Below are positions 52,412 through 63,796 of a stretch of DNA of 64,000 nt, in pieces. The notes under the pieces are model-generated. The model was given only the letters and a program-made list of their open reading frames with translations, was not told where the DNA came from and made no database searches. Made by a program: the position numbers and the translations under genes. The DNA lies in contig CAXXLF010000002.1 in NCBI GenBank assembly GCA_963664015.2, positions 1,920,001 to 1,984,000 on the forward strand, written 5' to 3'. Source of the stretch: Candidatus Binatia bacterium. Lineage in GTDB: Bacteria > Desulfobacterota > Binatia > UBA9968 > CAXXLF01. How positions within the stretch are numbered: position 1 is the stretch's first letter; every line of letters starts with the position of its first letter.

Positions 52412-53340
52412 CTAGGCCTGAGAGAGGGCTTGGGTACCCTGGGGGGTCACGATCCAGCGATCCTCGAGTTGGGCCTCCATCAGGTTGTCCGAGTTCCCGT
52501 TCTCATTGGCCTTGGCGCGTTCTAGCCACCCCTTGGAGCCGAGGTAATCAACAAACTTTTCGGCGGTATCGCTGTGGTTTTTGATCAGAGAATTGAGATC
52601 GGACAATTGGCCGCGCCATTGGGTTTCCGTTTCGATGTATTTCTGGATACGCCACTCGTCGAAACTGTCTGAGCACCCGTCGGGTCCAATAGCCAAGCTT
52701 AACTGTTCGCCAGATCTCGAATTGTAAAAGTCGACACCCCATCCGCGGAAGACATAGAGCCATTCCGGTGCCTTTTTGAGGTTCCCAAAGTGGTTTTGCT
52801 CTTTTTTTAAGCGAATCTCCAACCCCTGATACAGCGATTGACTCACCGACGGCCCTCTTGAGCGGCGCATTGCCCTGCTAGCTCCTGGGCATGGTTGCTG
52901 AGTTGCTGGTAGGCCTTGAGAAATTTAAAGGCATTAGTCTCCAGGGCGTCCTCGGGAAGGCTGGGCCGGAGAGTCAGGACGAGCCGAATGCCATTGCTAA
53001 TTTGGCTATGGGTAAATGGCTTAGTAATATAGCCATCGACGCCCATTCCGTAACTCCCTGAAACGTCTTCATATTTGTCTAGGGATGTCAGTCAAATGAT
53101 TGGAATATATGAGGTTTCTGGCGATTCCTTCAGCCCGGTCATCGTCTCATCGCCACCTATCTCTGGCATGTTGCGATCCAGAAATATCACATCGGGCTTG
53201 GTTCCCTTAACACATTCCATAGCCTCCACGCCGTTATTTGCGGCAAGGACGTTATATCCTTCTTTTTCCAACATCATCGTAACGATACTGACTATGTCAG
53301 GTTCGTCATCCACTACTAGAATCGTCTTTTTTCCGTCCAT
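52412..53340 (-). pseudogene. Response-regulator receiver fused to an uncharacterised (DUF6896-like) domain, disrupted
   Basis: ILVVDDEP...DVIFLDRNMP...IPII*LTS...YITKPF with in-frame TGA at 53094-53092; frameshift near 52850; C-terminal WLYVFRGWGVDF...IGPDGCSDSFDEWRI. Confidence 0.75.
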
Positions 53341-53439
53341 AATTAAAAGGGCACGTTACCGCAGAATCCTGTCAACTGGTTATAATAGAGTTGCCGTACG
53401 CCTAGATTGGGGCCGTTCCTGAGGCCCGAATGTGAGTTG

Positions 53440-53832
53440 CTAAGGCTTTGAATTAACTTGAATTAGCTCTATCCTGTAACCATTAGGATCTTCGATAAAG
53501 GCGATCTCGGTCCCGCCATGTTTCATCGGCCCCGGTTCGCGCACCACGTTACCACCTTGGCCCCGAATTTGAGCACAGGTTTGGTATATATCGTCGACCC
53601 CAATGGCGATATGCCCAAAGGCATCACCCAGACTATACAGACGGGGATCCCAATTGTATGTCAATTCGATAACGCTCTGTTCTGATTCGGAACCATAACC
53701 AACAAATGCCAGGGTGAAGCGTCCCGAGGGGTATTCTTTTTTCCGCAGGAGTTTCATCTTCAAAACGTTGCAGTAAAAATCTATCGAATCGTTCAGGTTG
53801 TTCACGCGTATCATGGTATGGAGCATTCTCAT
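53440..53832 (-). CDS. gloA: Lactoylglutathione lyase (glyoxalase I)
   Basis: [30 protein letters not shown] and [10 protein letters not shown] motifs; CAGGAGG RBS. Confidence 0.95.
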   Translation of the reverse strand: MRMLHTMIRVNNLNDSIDFYCNVLKMKLLRKKEYPSGRFTLAFVGYGSESEQSVIELTYNWDPRLYSLGDAFGHIAIGVDDIYQTCAQIRGQGGNVVREPGPMKHGGTEIAFIEDPNGYRIELIQVNSKP

Positions 53833-54166
53833 GGGAGCCTCCTGTATGAATAATTTTGCAATGAGCTTAACCCGCGGGTACTTGAAACAGCAAGATTTTT
53901 AAAATAAGTCGAAAATTTTGCCACGTGGGTTGCTCCGCGGTCGAAAAAATTCCAACTCGGGCGATGCGGTCGCGCCACCGGATCATTCCACCTGCGAGGA
54001 GAGAAATGCACATTTGTTGCTTAAAACTTGTTGAAAACCAGAGGCGCGGCGCCTGCGCACGGCGATAAATGGCTCGATTCAGTCAATTGCTAAACTGTGA
54101 TCGCGCGAAACGATGACAGAACAGGAACTTGTAGAATTCTAGCACTAAGGCTGACCGGACGGTTTG

Positions 54167-54568
54167 CTATTTTTCCTTTTCCAAGCCGGCAAGAAAAGAT
54201 CGAAGACGGGACTTACGTTCTCCCCGCTCCGCCGAATTCTGTTCCAACTCTTTAACTTTTCCAGGTATCCCCTCTTTGATCATGCGCACATCCATCTCTT
54301 TGGCTTGGAGGGCGGAATTGCACTCTTCCAGTTCGGCCCTGAGCCCTTCCAACTCGCCCATGATCTGCTGCTGCTCGAATCCCTACCGTCGCAATTTTCC
54401 TAACAAATCTTCTTTCTCTCTCAGTTGTAACTCCAAGTCGCTGACTTTTCTGCTTAAGCCTTCTCCCAGTTGTTTTGCAATGGATTCTTGTTCACTCAGT
54501 GAGGTTCCCTCCTCCCGTAGCTGGATTTCCAGGTTGGCTGCCTTTGCTCCAAATCGATTGAGATACTT
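54167..54568 (-). pseudogene. 3' remnant of a coiled-coil protein
   Basis: E/K/L/Q-rich repeats NLEIQLRE...DLELQLREKEDLL...; in-frame TAG at 54385-54383; no start found. Confidence 0.55.
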
Positions 54569-54678
54569 TTAGTTTCACGCCCGTATTTTTCTAAGAGGGA
54601 ATCTTTCGGGCTCAACTGTTCTACCAAAGACTGATTTGTGCATTCATGTGCAAAATTGGCCCTAAGCCGACCGCTCGG

Positions 54679-55299
54679 TTACGGGGTTTCGGTCTTATTT
54701 TTGGCCGGATCGTTACTCTCCAAGAACCGCCAGCCCTGTGCATTATCGTGGCTGATGCGTACCAGGCCACAGGGGGCCAGGTGGAAGGAGCGATACTGAT
54801 TGAGTGGGGTCCCCGTGACACGGCACAGGATGCTAACTAACGGGAAGTGGTGGCTCACCACGACTACCTGATCATCGGGCCTATGGCTGCGGACGATCTG
54901 CTCCAAACCCCGCCACGCCCTCTTGTCGACATCGGTGAGACGTTCTCCTCCTGGAATCAGGAGCTCGGCCGGCCGCTTCTGCCAATCTTCAATGAACGCT
55001 CCGTAGGAGGCGCGGATTTCCGCGAAGGTGAAACCTTCAAGCTCCCCGTGGTTCAGTTCACGAAAATCTCTATTGGTTGTAACTTCCAGCCCGTGAGGTT
55101 CGCTGATTGCACGGGCTGTTTGAACGGCTCTTTGCAAGTGACTGGAATAGACCGCGTCAATCTTCTCTATACGGAGAGTGACGGCCATCTGCTTGGCCTG
55201 TTGTCGCCCAGTTTCATTGAGGTGAATATCCGTGATTCCCTGGCAGCGTCGTTCGCGGTTCCAGTGGGTCTCTCCGTGACGCAAGAGAAGTAGTTGCAT
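54679..55299 (-). CDS. Histidine phosphatase family protein (phosphoglycerate mutase / CobC / PspA-like)
   Basis: LRHGET, SSHLQRAVQT, RELNHGELEG and VVSH motifs. Confidence 0.9.
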   Translation of the reverse strand: MQLLLLRHGETHWNRERRCQGITDIHLNETGRQQAKQMAVTLRIEKIDAVYSSHLQRAVQTARAISEPHGLEVTTNRDFRELNHGELEGFTFAEIRASYGAFIEDWQKRPAELLIPGGERLTDVDKRAWRGLEQIVRSHRPDDQVVVVSHHFPLVSILCRVTGTPLNQYRSFHLAPCGLVRISHDNAQGWRFLESNDPAKNKTETP

Positions 55300-55338
55300 G
55301 ATGCAGGTCCAGGAGGGCCTCTCCCAAGCGAGAGCGAC

Positions 55339-57237
55339 CTAGCTCGCCAGGAGCGATTCGGTTTCGACCTCGATCTTCGCCCGCGCCCTGAGTCCTTCCA
55401 CAAACTTGGTCAGGGCCCTTTGCTTTCGCTCTTCCAAGGCGATTTCCAGGCGAACGTCTTTTTGCTCATCGAATTCCTTCATATCCGCCTCTTGGCTTCC
55501 CTTAAAGGCGAACAGGTAAATGGCGTCCTTCTGATGATAGAGCTGATCGGCTATGGGTTGCCCTGAAAAGAGCGGAATTCCGGCCTGTTGCATATCGTCC
55601 AGGACGCCGATCTTGGGGATTCGAGAGTTGCTGCGGGGAGAGGGCCCAGTTTCCTCCAATGTCAGGCCGTGATTTTTGGCAACCTTTTGGATGTCCTTGG
55701 TTTCTTTGAGTTCTGCCAGGAGTTCGGCGCCCTTCTCATTGGTCATTTCCATGGCCTTCTTCTCCTTTACCATTCTAGTGACATCGCCACGAAGGGCCTC
55801 TAAAGCGGGTAGATGGGATTCTTTTCGCTCCTGTAATTGGATCAGGTAGGCGACCTTGGGGCCCTCGACCACGGGACTGATCTCCTGGCCTGTGAGGTTG
55901 AAGGAAGTCGTGTAAAACGCATCCACCGGTCCGACGTTTTTGATTCCCTCGTCGCTACGAAAGAAAGGAGTAACCTTTACGGTTAGTTTTCTCTCTTTCG
56001 CCAGGGCATTGAAACTCGTTCCGTCCACCGCCTTCTGCCGGTCCACTTCGGCGGCCTTGAAGGCTTCTTCCCATCCACCCTCGGCTTGAAGGGTCTGAAT
56101 GATCTTGGTTTCCGCTTCCTTCAGGGTCTCGGTTTTTTCTTCCCTGAATTCAACTACCTTGATTATGTGCAGTCCGCTAGGGCTCTCCAATAGGGTGCTG
56201 ATCTCTTCCTTTTTTAAGGCAAAGGCAGCTTCCTCCAGCATAGGGAGAATCTGCCCGCGTGATAAGAACCCTGTGTCCCCGCCACTGGAAGCGCTGAAGT
56301 CATCGGAATTGTTCTTAGCCAATTCGGCAAAATCTTTTCCAGCCTGGGCCTGACCCAGGACTTGTTCTGCCTTGGCCCGGATGGTCTCTTTTTCCTTTGG
56401 GTCTTTTCCCGGAGGGATGCGGAAAAATATATGGCGTAGTCTAACGGCGTGGGATTGGTGAAATTTTCTATCTCGGTGCAGGTTGTAATAGTCTTCGATT
56501 GCCTTCGGCGTCACTTTGATTTGGGAGGCAAAACTGCCGTAAGAGTATGGGATGTATTTCACACGGACTTTTGTGGGCTCTCTGAGCGTTTGCTGGTTTT
56601 GGTCGTAGTAGCTTTTCAGCTCTTCTGGGGGCACCTCCGCCTTCAACACATAGTCTTTTCTTGAGAGTCGGATAAAGTTCAAGTTAATCTTTTCGTTTTC
56701 CACACGGTATCTTTCCCGCACCTCTGCCTCTGTGACCTGGACCGAGTCCCGGATGATGTCAAAGAGTTTTTGAACCAGTATGTCTTGTCTCTGTTCCTGC
56801 TCAAATTGTTCGGGGGTGGACCGTTGAGAACGCAACACGCGGAGATAGAGGTCTTTATTGAAACGGTCGTTAGTTTGAAAGACTGCAATCTCAGCGATAC
56901 GGTCGCTCAGTTCCTGGTCGGTGACCCGCAAACCCAGCCGTTCTGCCTCCTGAAGCAGTAAACGCGTTTGAATCAGGTTGTCTAGAATGGCCATGCGCAG
57001 GTTCGGTCTATCGATGCCCTGAGATCGGTTCCGGTAAGCCTGCTTGAGTCTCAGGAATCGAAGTTCCAGCTCCTTGGCGCTGATTGGATCCCCGTTGACC
57101 ACCGCAACCTTGCCGCCTAATGTGGGGTCCTGCTGAAGACTGCTGGAACCGAGGTAGAAGGCAAAAACCAATACGATGACGCCCATCATAATGAGGATTA
57201 CCCAGGACCGTTTCCTCTTTCGCAAAAAATCAAGCAT
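55339..57237 (-). CDS. ppiD: Periplasmic chaperone / PPIase PpiD (SurA-N plus parvulin)
   Basis: MLDFLRK N-terminal anchor, SurA-like domain and parvulin FAELAK..S.D..SA.SGGDTGF. Confidence 0.88.
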   Translation of the reverse strand: MLDFLRKRKRSWVILIMMGVIVLVFAFYLGSSSLQQDPTLGGKVAVVNGDPISAKELELRFLRLKQAYRNRSQGIDRPNLRMAILDNLIQTRLLLQEAERLGLRVTDQELSDRIAEIAVFQTNDRFNKDLYLRVLRSQRSTPEQFEQEQRQDILVQKLFDIIRDSVQVTEAEVRERYRVENEKINLNFIRLSRKDYVLKAEVPPEELKSYYDQNQQTLREPTKVRVKYIPYSYGSFASQIKVTPKAIEDYYNLHRDRKFHQSHAVRLRHIFFRIPPGKDPKEKETIRAKAEQVLGQAQAGKDFAELAKNNSDDFSASSGGDTGFLSRGQILPMLEEAAFALKKEEISTLLESPSGLHIIKVVEFREEKTETLKEAETKIIQTLQAEGGWEEAFKAAEVDRQKAVDGTSFNALAKERKLTVKVTPFFRSDEGIKNVGPVDAFYTTSFNLTGQEISPVVEGPKVAYLIQLQERKESHLPALEALRGDVTRMVKEKKAMEMTNEKGAELLAELKETKDIQKVAKNHGLTLEETGPSPRSNSRIPKIGVLDDMQQAGIPLFSGQPIADQLYHQKDAIYLFAFKGSQEADMKEFDEQKDVRLEIALEERKQRALTKFVEGLRARAKIEVETESLLAS

Positions 57238-57384
57238 GGATGACTCCGCCTTTTAGGTCGAGAATTTAAAGATTCAGGATATGTAATTCGGTTGCCTATT
57301 GCAATATTTCAGCGCTTGACAGGTAAGGGTGGGAAATCTAAGATGCCCCTGTTTCCATTAAGAATCACGAATGGGGGACCGTCC

Positions 57385-58437
57385 ATGAATCGAGTCGTCG
57401 ATGCCGATGGGCACGTTTTCGAAGATGCGACCATCACGGACTACATCGAAGAGCCCTATCGAAGCCGGAGTAACTTTAAAGGCGGGTTAGCTCGCTTATG
57501 GCCTACCTTGGACGGGCATCACTATGGCCATGGCTTAAGGAGTCCAGGGGCCTTTGGTGGAGCTAAGGCCGTAGGGCCGGATGAGTGGGTGAACTTTCAG
57601 GACGAGGCCGAGATCGAGTACAGGGTCTGTATCCAACGGCTGGGTTGGGTATGGGGTTGATCAGTTCACCGGGATGGGCCGTCGCGGTTGGTCGAGCTTA
57701 TAATAACTGGCTGCACGATAACTATCAAACAAGAAGCCCACGGTTGAGAGGCATGGCCCTGCTCCCTATGCAGGACGTGTCGGCTGCGGTGGAAGAGCTC
57801 CGTAGAGCCGTTACCGAACTGGGTATGCTTGGTGCGATGCTGCCATCTCGGGGACTCGCCAAGCACCTGGGTGCTGAGGAGTATTGGCCTGTCTACGAAG
57901 AAGCCCAGCGGCTAGACTGTGCCCTCGCGGTTCACGGTGGCAGCCATAGCGGTATGGGTTTCGATTCTTTTACCGTCTATGCACCTATCGCGGGATTGGG
58001 GCATGCGGTCTTTCTCATGATCGCGCTTCCAGGGTTTATCTTTAACGGTGTCTTGGATAAATTCCCTCGACTCCGGCTTGGTTTCCTGGAAGGAGGGGTG
58101 GGCGGGGCAACCTTCTGGATGGACCGGATGGACCGGTTGAATCAATACCATTATGAGATCGATCCGAGAGGGACCCATGGCTATCCAACTTCTGAAATAA
58201 ATCCCAGTGAATACTTGAAGAGCGGTAGGATCTTAATCGGTTGCGAGGAAAACGAGACGGGCCTTCCCTACCAGGTGGATCGGGTGGGAAGTCAGGCTTT
58301 TGTATTTGCCTCTGATTACCCCCATGAGGTGGGTCCCGAAGACTGCTGCCGGGAGGCATCTGATGATCCAGGAATGTGATGGACTCGACGATGAGGCCAA
58401 ACAGGGTATTCTGAGACAGAACGCAAAGAAATTTTAG
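57385..58437 (+). pseudogene. Amidohydrolase_2 family metal-dependent hydrolase/decarboxylase, frameshifted
   Basis: DADGHV, YNNWL, AVHGG, FLEGG and ASDYPH motifs; frameshifts near 57620 and 58355, then ...AKQGILRQNAKKF*. Confidence 0.8.
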
Positions 58438-58460
58438 GGTTATTCCGTGGAGGACTGATC

Positions 58461-59552
58461 ATGGCTACATGCAAAGCAGCTGTATTTGTGGAGGCAGGGA
58501 AACCCCTGGAGATCCAGGAGTTCCCTATTCCTGAATTGGAAACTGGTGCCGTGCTGATCAAAATGGATATGGCCGCTGTCTGCGCCACCGATGTCCACAA
58601 CCGCCACAGTGCCTCGTGGCCACACCCCATGATCTTCGGGCACGAAAACATCGGAGTGATCGACCGTTTGGGAAAGGGTATCGATCGGGATGCCCTGGGT
58701 CATCTCCTCAAGGAGGGGGATCGAGTGATCTTTCGTTCCACCCCCTGTGGTCGCTGTTTCAATTGCTCCATCGGAGAAAACTGTCAGGTCGTCAAAAACT
58801 ATGGCTTCATCCCTTGTGATAAACCACCCCACTTGAGAGGAGGTTTCGGCCAGTATCTCTACCTCGACCCTACGCCCTGGCTCTTGCGCATCCCGGACCG
58901 GATGTCCAATGACCGGGCGCTCATGAGTGTGGTCGGCAATCATACGGTATTGAACGGTATCGAGAGAATCGGGGGGATCAGCCTGTCGGACACTGTGGTC
59001 GTGCAAGGGGCCGGGCCCATCGGTATGGGAGCGCTGACACAGGCCAGGGTTGCCGGGGCCAGTAAAATTATTGTCATCGGTGCCCCAGCCTCGCGGCTCG
59101 ATCTGGCTCGGGAGATAGGCGCCGATGAGACGATCGATATCGGTGAGTACCGTGAACCCAAACAGCGGGTTGCCAAGGTGCGTGAGTTGACCGACGGGCG
59201 GGGACCCGACGTCGTAATCGAGTGTTCGGGCGCGAATACGGCTTTCCAAGAGGGCCTAGAGATGGTTCGTACCGCCGGGAAGTTTCTGGTGGTCGGTCAG
59301 TTGAGAGGCCATGGGCCCCAGCCGCCGCCCATCGATCCGTCCCTGATCACAAGAAAAGTACTCCGTCTAAACGGAGTGATCTCTTCCAAGCCCCACCATA
59401 TCATTCGTACAGTGCAGATGATGGATCAGGTGGTCAAGTACCCCGTAGAGAAACTGATCACCCACCGATTTTCATTGAACGACGTGAACAACGCCTTTAA
59501 ATCCCATGAGACATTGGAAGCCATGGTCGCCGTGGTTCTCCCCAATTCCTAG
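58461..59552 (+). CDS. Zinc-binding alcohol dehydrogenase (MDR) family protein
   Basis: VCATDVH, FGHE, CGRCFNC...C, QGAGPIG and LITHRF motifs; GGAGG RBS. Confidence 0.9.
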   Translation: MATCKAAVFVEAGKPLEIQEFPIPELETGAVLIKMDMAAVCATDVHNRHSASWPHPMIFGHENIGVIDRLGKGIDRDALGHLLKEGDRVIFRSTPCGRCFNCSIGENCQVVKNYGFIPCDKPPHLRGGFGQYLYLDPTPWLLRIPDRMSNDRALMSVVGNHTVLNGIERIGGISLSDTVVVQGAGPIGMGALTQARVAGASKIIVIGAPASRLDLAREIGADETIDIGEYREPKQRVAKVRELTDGRGPDVVIECSGANTAFQEGLEMVRTAGKFLVVGQLRGHGPQPPPIDPSLITRKVLRLNGVISSKPHHIIRTVQMMDQVVKYPVEKLITHRFSLNDVNNAFKSHETLEAMVAVVLPNS

Positions 59553-59602
59553 TGTTATAAGGGGACCGACGCTGATGAAATAGAGGAGGAGGGAATCGGC
59601 CC

Positions 59603-60728
59603 ATGTTATATAAAGAAACGGTTAAGACGGTTTCCCGAGCGTTAGGTGCAGTTGCAGTGATGGTGGCCATTTTGGCCTTGCCGTCCAGTGGGCTCGCCGC
59701 CGATTGGGATCAGACCCTGGCAGCCGCTAGAAAAGAAGGAAAGGTCGTAATTGCGACGGCTGTTCCGAGCGCTGACCTGCGCAACACTTGGACAGAGATA
59801 GTTAAAAACAGATATGGTATCTAATTGGAGCTAATCGTGGGCAGGGGCTCGTGACTGATCAAGAGGGTCGTAACCGAAAACAAATCGGGCGTCAAAAATG
59901 TGGAGGTCATCAACGGTGGGACAAGCTCGATCATGGCTGTATACGACGAGGGCTTCTTGGCTCCGTTGCCTCCTCGGCTGATCCTCCCCGAGATGAAGGA
60001 GCCCAAGCAGTGGTTTGCGGGGCATGCGTGGAACGACAACGTTACGACAAATAAATATCTGTACTCGTTTGTAGCCGACGCAGAAACCGGTGGGCTCTTT
60101 TATAATACGGTTATGGTCAATCCCAAAGAGATTCGCTCCTTTGATGACTATCTCAAACCGAAATGGAAGGGCAGATCGGCTGGAGCGATCCCGCATTGGC
60201 GGATCAGGCCGATCGATCTGGTCCTGGCTCTGGGAGGTCAAAGGCGAGGAATACCTCAGGCAGATGGCGAAACAGGATCTGTTCATCACCCATAACATCC
60301 GACAGTTGGCAGATACTCTGGCCAAGGGGAAGCTGGCCTTGACCTTGGGTGCCAGTTACGTGGATTACGCGCGCTATATCGAGGCGGGGCTTCCGGTCAA
60401 AGAGCTCCCGACGCCCAAGTAGGGCTGGCCGTCGAGTAACGGCCATGGGATCGTGGGGATTCTCAAGGACGGTTCCCGTCCGAACGCCGCGACCGTCTTT
60501 ATCAACTGGATGTTAAGCCGCGAGGGTCAGGAACTGTATAGCAAAGCCATGCGCCAGGCGACCCGCCGTGTGGACGTGGATACCAAGTGGATGGCGGCCG
60601 TTGGGAGAAAAGCGGTAAAGGACTTCTTGACAGTTGAGGAGTACAACAAGATGCGGAACCATCTAGAAGATAAGGTGGTCAACGTAAGAAAGCCCGCAGC
60701 CAAGTTCGCGCGTAAGATTGTCAAGTAA
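59603..60728 (+). pseudogene. ABC transporter solute-binding protein (Fe3+/polyamine-like cluster), disrupted
   Basis: Signal peptide, WDQTLAAARKEGKV and PNAATVFINWMLSREGQ; in-frame TAA at 59822, TGA at 59852 and TAG at 60420, plus frameshifts near 60170-60195. Confidence 0.85.
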
Positions 60729-60916
60729 CCTAGATAACGAACCAAGTGGCATACAGCGGTGAGGCCTCTGCATTCCCGTTTTACGGACTCTCATCCTATA
60801 GTCGCGGGTCCGTTCCCTGATCCCCTAGCACAACGAATGTGCTGCCCGTGTGCCGTCCATTGAGGTCCATGCACTCCTATTGAGGAGAGTTGGATCTACT
60901 GGTTTTGGAGAGTGAG

Positions 60917-62647
60917 ATGAACGAGCAAATCGCGACGGCTGACCGAATTCCAAGCATCCGAAGCCACGTAAACGGTCAAACATTGCTCTTGACCCTATTG
61001 TTGGGATTAGTCGCTGTTTTGGTTCTTACCCCACTCTTCTTGCTGTTCTTCAATAGCTTTCAGATCAGCAGACCGGGTGAGGAGGTGACTTACGGCTTAG
61101 ACGGGTGGCGCGAGGCCTTTACGAGCCCAGGAATTCGCCAGGCCATATACAATACCTTCACCCTTTCCTTTGCCCGTCAGGGCATAGCGACTGTGTTGGG
61201 TATCTTCTTTGCCTGGCTCCTCGCCCGTACCGATATTCCGCGGCGCGGTTGGTTAGAGTTCATGTTTTGGCTTTCTTTCTTCCTTCCCGCGCTACCGGTC
61301 ACGTTGGGATGGATTCTCCTGCTGGACCCTAAATACGGCTTAGTCAACGAATTGCTCTTAAAACTTCCCTTTATCCAAAATCCTCCTTTTGATATCTACA
61401 CTTTTTGGGGGATTGTCTGGGTTCACCTCACCGCGACGACCATCGGGGTCAAGGTGATGTTGCTCACCCCAGCGTTCCGCAACCTGGATGCCTCTCTGGA
61501 GGAAAGTTCGCGGGTGCTGGGTGCTGGAACCCTCCAGACGCTGTGGCGAATCATTCTCCCTGTTATGATGCCGGCCATCCTAGTGGCCACTATCTTGGGT
61601 TTTATTCGCTCCCTGGAGGCATTCGAAATCGAGCTGATCTTGGGTGTTCCCATCGGGCTTCAAGTATTTTCTACTCAGATCCACAGCTTCGTGACCCATG
61701 AGCCACCTCAGTTCCCTCCCGCGACGGCGCTGGCAACCATGTTCCTTGTCTTTTTGCTCCTCATGGTTGCCATGCAGCAACTCTATCTACGTCGTAAGAG
61801 CTATACTACGGTCACGGGTAGGAGCTTCAGTGCCAGGCCGATGGCCTTGGGACGGTGGCGGACACCGGCTTTTGTCTTGATGGTAATCGTAGTGCTGACC
61901 ATCACGGTTGTTCCGACCTTCTTTTTGTTTCTCGGCACATTTATGAAGCTCTTCGGCTTCTTTCATATCAATGACCCCTGGACCCTGGACAACTGGCGTC
62001 ATGTGCTTGCGGACCCGATCATTTGGCGTTCTGTAAAAAACACCTTGTGGCTGGGTTTTTTGACCGCCGGATTAAACGTCGGGTTGAGTACACTAGTGGC
62101 TTATGTGATCGTCAAGTCACGTTTTGCCGCTCGCGGATTGCTCGATTTCCTCACCTGGTTGCCCTGGTCCATTCCGGGGATCCTTCTGGGAATGGCTCTG
62201 TTATGGAGTCTCCTCTTGGTCCATAAGATTTTTCCAATCTACGGGACAGTCTTTGCCTTGGCTATCGCTATGACCATCGCCGGCTTGCCTCTGAGCGTTC
62301 AGGTGATCAAAAGTTTTTTCCTGCAACTGAGCGATGAGTTTGAAGAGGCCTCGAGGGTCGCCGGGGCGTCGTGGTTCTCCACTTATCGTCGCATCTTGCT
62401 GCCCTTGCTCTTACCCGCTCTCACGGTCGTGGGTCTGCTGGATTTTATCCGCGCGGCGCGGAATATCAGCACGGTCGTCCTGCTGGCCACCGGAGAGACG
62501 CGGACCCTCTCCCTACTGATGCTGGACTTCGCTGCCGGATCTGAACTGGAAAGGGCCACTGTGGTGGCGGCTATAACGGTCTTGATAGTCGTAGTTCTGT
62601 CCCTGATTGTGCGTTTACTGGGAGGACACCTCAGCGTCAGAGGTTAG
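60917..62647 (+). CDS. ABC transporter permease (FbpB-like, two fused halves)
   Basis: Two EAA-type loops (LEESSRVLGA and FEEASRVAGA), about 12 TM segments. Confidence 0.9.
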   Translation: MNEQIATADRIPSIRSHVNGQTLLLTLLLGLVAVLVLTPLFLLFFNSFQISRPGEEVTYGLDGWREAFTSPGIRQAIYNTFTLSFARQGIATVLGIFFAWLLARTDIPRRGWLEFMFWLSFFLPALPVTLGWILLLDPKYGLVNELLLKLPFIQNPPFDIYTFWGIVWVHLTATTIGVKVMLLTPAFRNLDASLEESSRVLGAGTLQTLWRIILPVMMPAILVATILGFIRSLEAFEIELILGVPIGLQVFSTQIHSFVTHEPPQFPPATALATMFLVFLLLMVAMQQLYLRRKSYTTVTGRSFSARPMALGRWRTPAFVLMVIVVLTITVVPTFFLFLGTFMKLFGFFHINDPWTLDNWRHVLADPIIWRSVKNTLWLGFLTAGLNVGLSTLVAYVIVKSRFAARGLLDFLTWLPWSIPGILLGMALLWSLLLVHKIFPIYGTVFALAIAMTIAGLPLSVQVIKSFFLQLSDEFEEASRVAGASWFSTYRRILLPLLLPALTVVGLLDFIRAARNISTVVLLATGETRTLSLLMLDFAAGSELERATVVAAITVLIVVVLSLIVRLLGGHLSVRG

Positions 62648-62718
62648 AACCTGCACCCGATGACCGATGCAAAACCACATAGTCTGGAAAATAATTCATA
62701 AGGCCGAAGGAGAAACTT

Positions 62719-63780
62719 ATGCCACCGCTGCTAATCAGTGAAAATGATGTTCGCTCGGTATTGACCATGGAGGAGAACCTGGAGGCGTTGGAGAGTGCCT
62801 ATAAACAGGAGGCTATGGGTGCTGCCTCCTATCGGCCCAAGGCAACGGTTTATGTGGGGGGGAATCACGGTTATGCCATGACGCACGTTACCAGTTTGGG
62901 CGGGCTTCGCAATCCCCCGGTGGTGGTTCTCAATATCCGTTCCATGCTACAGGCCACGAGCGAAAATCGGGATATCCATAAACTACGCGGCCCCCAAGGG
63001 ACCTTTATGTCTATGCTGTTTAGCGGCGAGACCGGCGAGTTGCTCGCCATGATGAGCAATGGCGATATATCGTGGTACCGCCATGCGGGTAGCGCGGGGC
63101 TGGCCGCCCGGGAGATGTCCCAGCCCGATGCCGAGGTGGTAGGGATTCTTGGTTCCGGCAGTACGGCCCGCGCCCATGCGCTGGCCTATGCCTGTGTGCG
63201 CCCACTGAAGTTGTTTAAGGTCTACAGCCCAAGCCTCGAGCATCGCAATACCTTCTCCGAATGGCTCAATTTGAAAACCGGTGTCGAGGTCAAGACCATG
63301 GACAACGCCGAGGAGGTTGTCCGGGGTTCCGCTATTGTCGCCGCGTGCACTGCAAGCCGATTCGAGCCCCTCGTGAAAAAGGAATGGCTGGAACCGGGAG
63401 TGCATTTTACCGGGGTTCAGACGGGCGAAGGTTCCATGGAGCTGGAGCTGGATGGAATTAAGCTATTCCATCGATTGGTTACCAGCTTCGACAGTGCCTC
63501 GAGCCATCACTTTACCGAGCCCGAACATAGCCCGCTGAGAACAGCGACGACACCAGAGATGCTGGATGTATTCAGTGTGATCCCCAACCACCATACTCTA
63601 GCCGACGTACTGTCGGGCAAGGCCCCAGGCCGGGAGAGTCGGGACGAGAAAAACTATTATATTAACAATGGTACCGGGGTACAGTATGCGGCGACGGTGG
63701 CATTGATCTACGACCGCGCGAAGAAGCGTGGCATCGGACAAGAGATGCCTGCCGAGTGGTTCAAGTGGTTCCAGCGCTGA
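62719..63780 (+). CDS. Ornithine cyclodeaminase / mu-crystallin family protein
   Basis: LLISENDV start, LFSGETGELLA, GILGSG, WLEPGVH and GKAPGRES...NNGTGVQYAA motifs. Confidence 0.88.
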   Translation: MPPLLISENDVRSVLTMEENLEALESAYKQEAMGAASYRPKATVYVGGNHGYAMTHVTSLGGLRNPPVVVLNIRSMLQATSENRDIHKLRGPQGTFMSMLFSGETGELLAMMSNGDISWYRHAGSAGLAAREMSQPDAEVVGILGSGSTARAHALAYACVRPLKLFKVYSPSLEHRNTFSEWLNLKTGVEVKTMDNAEEVVRGSAIVAACTASRFEPLVKKEWLEPGVHFTGVQTGEGSMELELDGIKLFHRLVTSFDSASSHHFTEPEHSPLRTATTPEMLDVFSVIPNHHTLADVLSGKAPGRESRDEKNYYINNGTGVQYAATVALIYDRAKKRGIGQEMPAEWFKWFQR

Positions 63781-63796
63781 GAGACATTCACAGGCA

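Noticed and set aside
53840-54160. Possible ncRNA upstream of gloA
   Set aside because: 320-bp spacer with no convincing stems, terminator or known RNA motif visible by eye.
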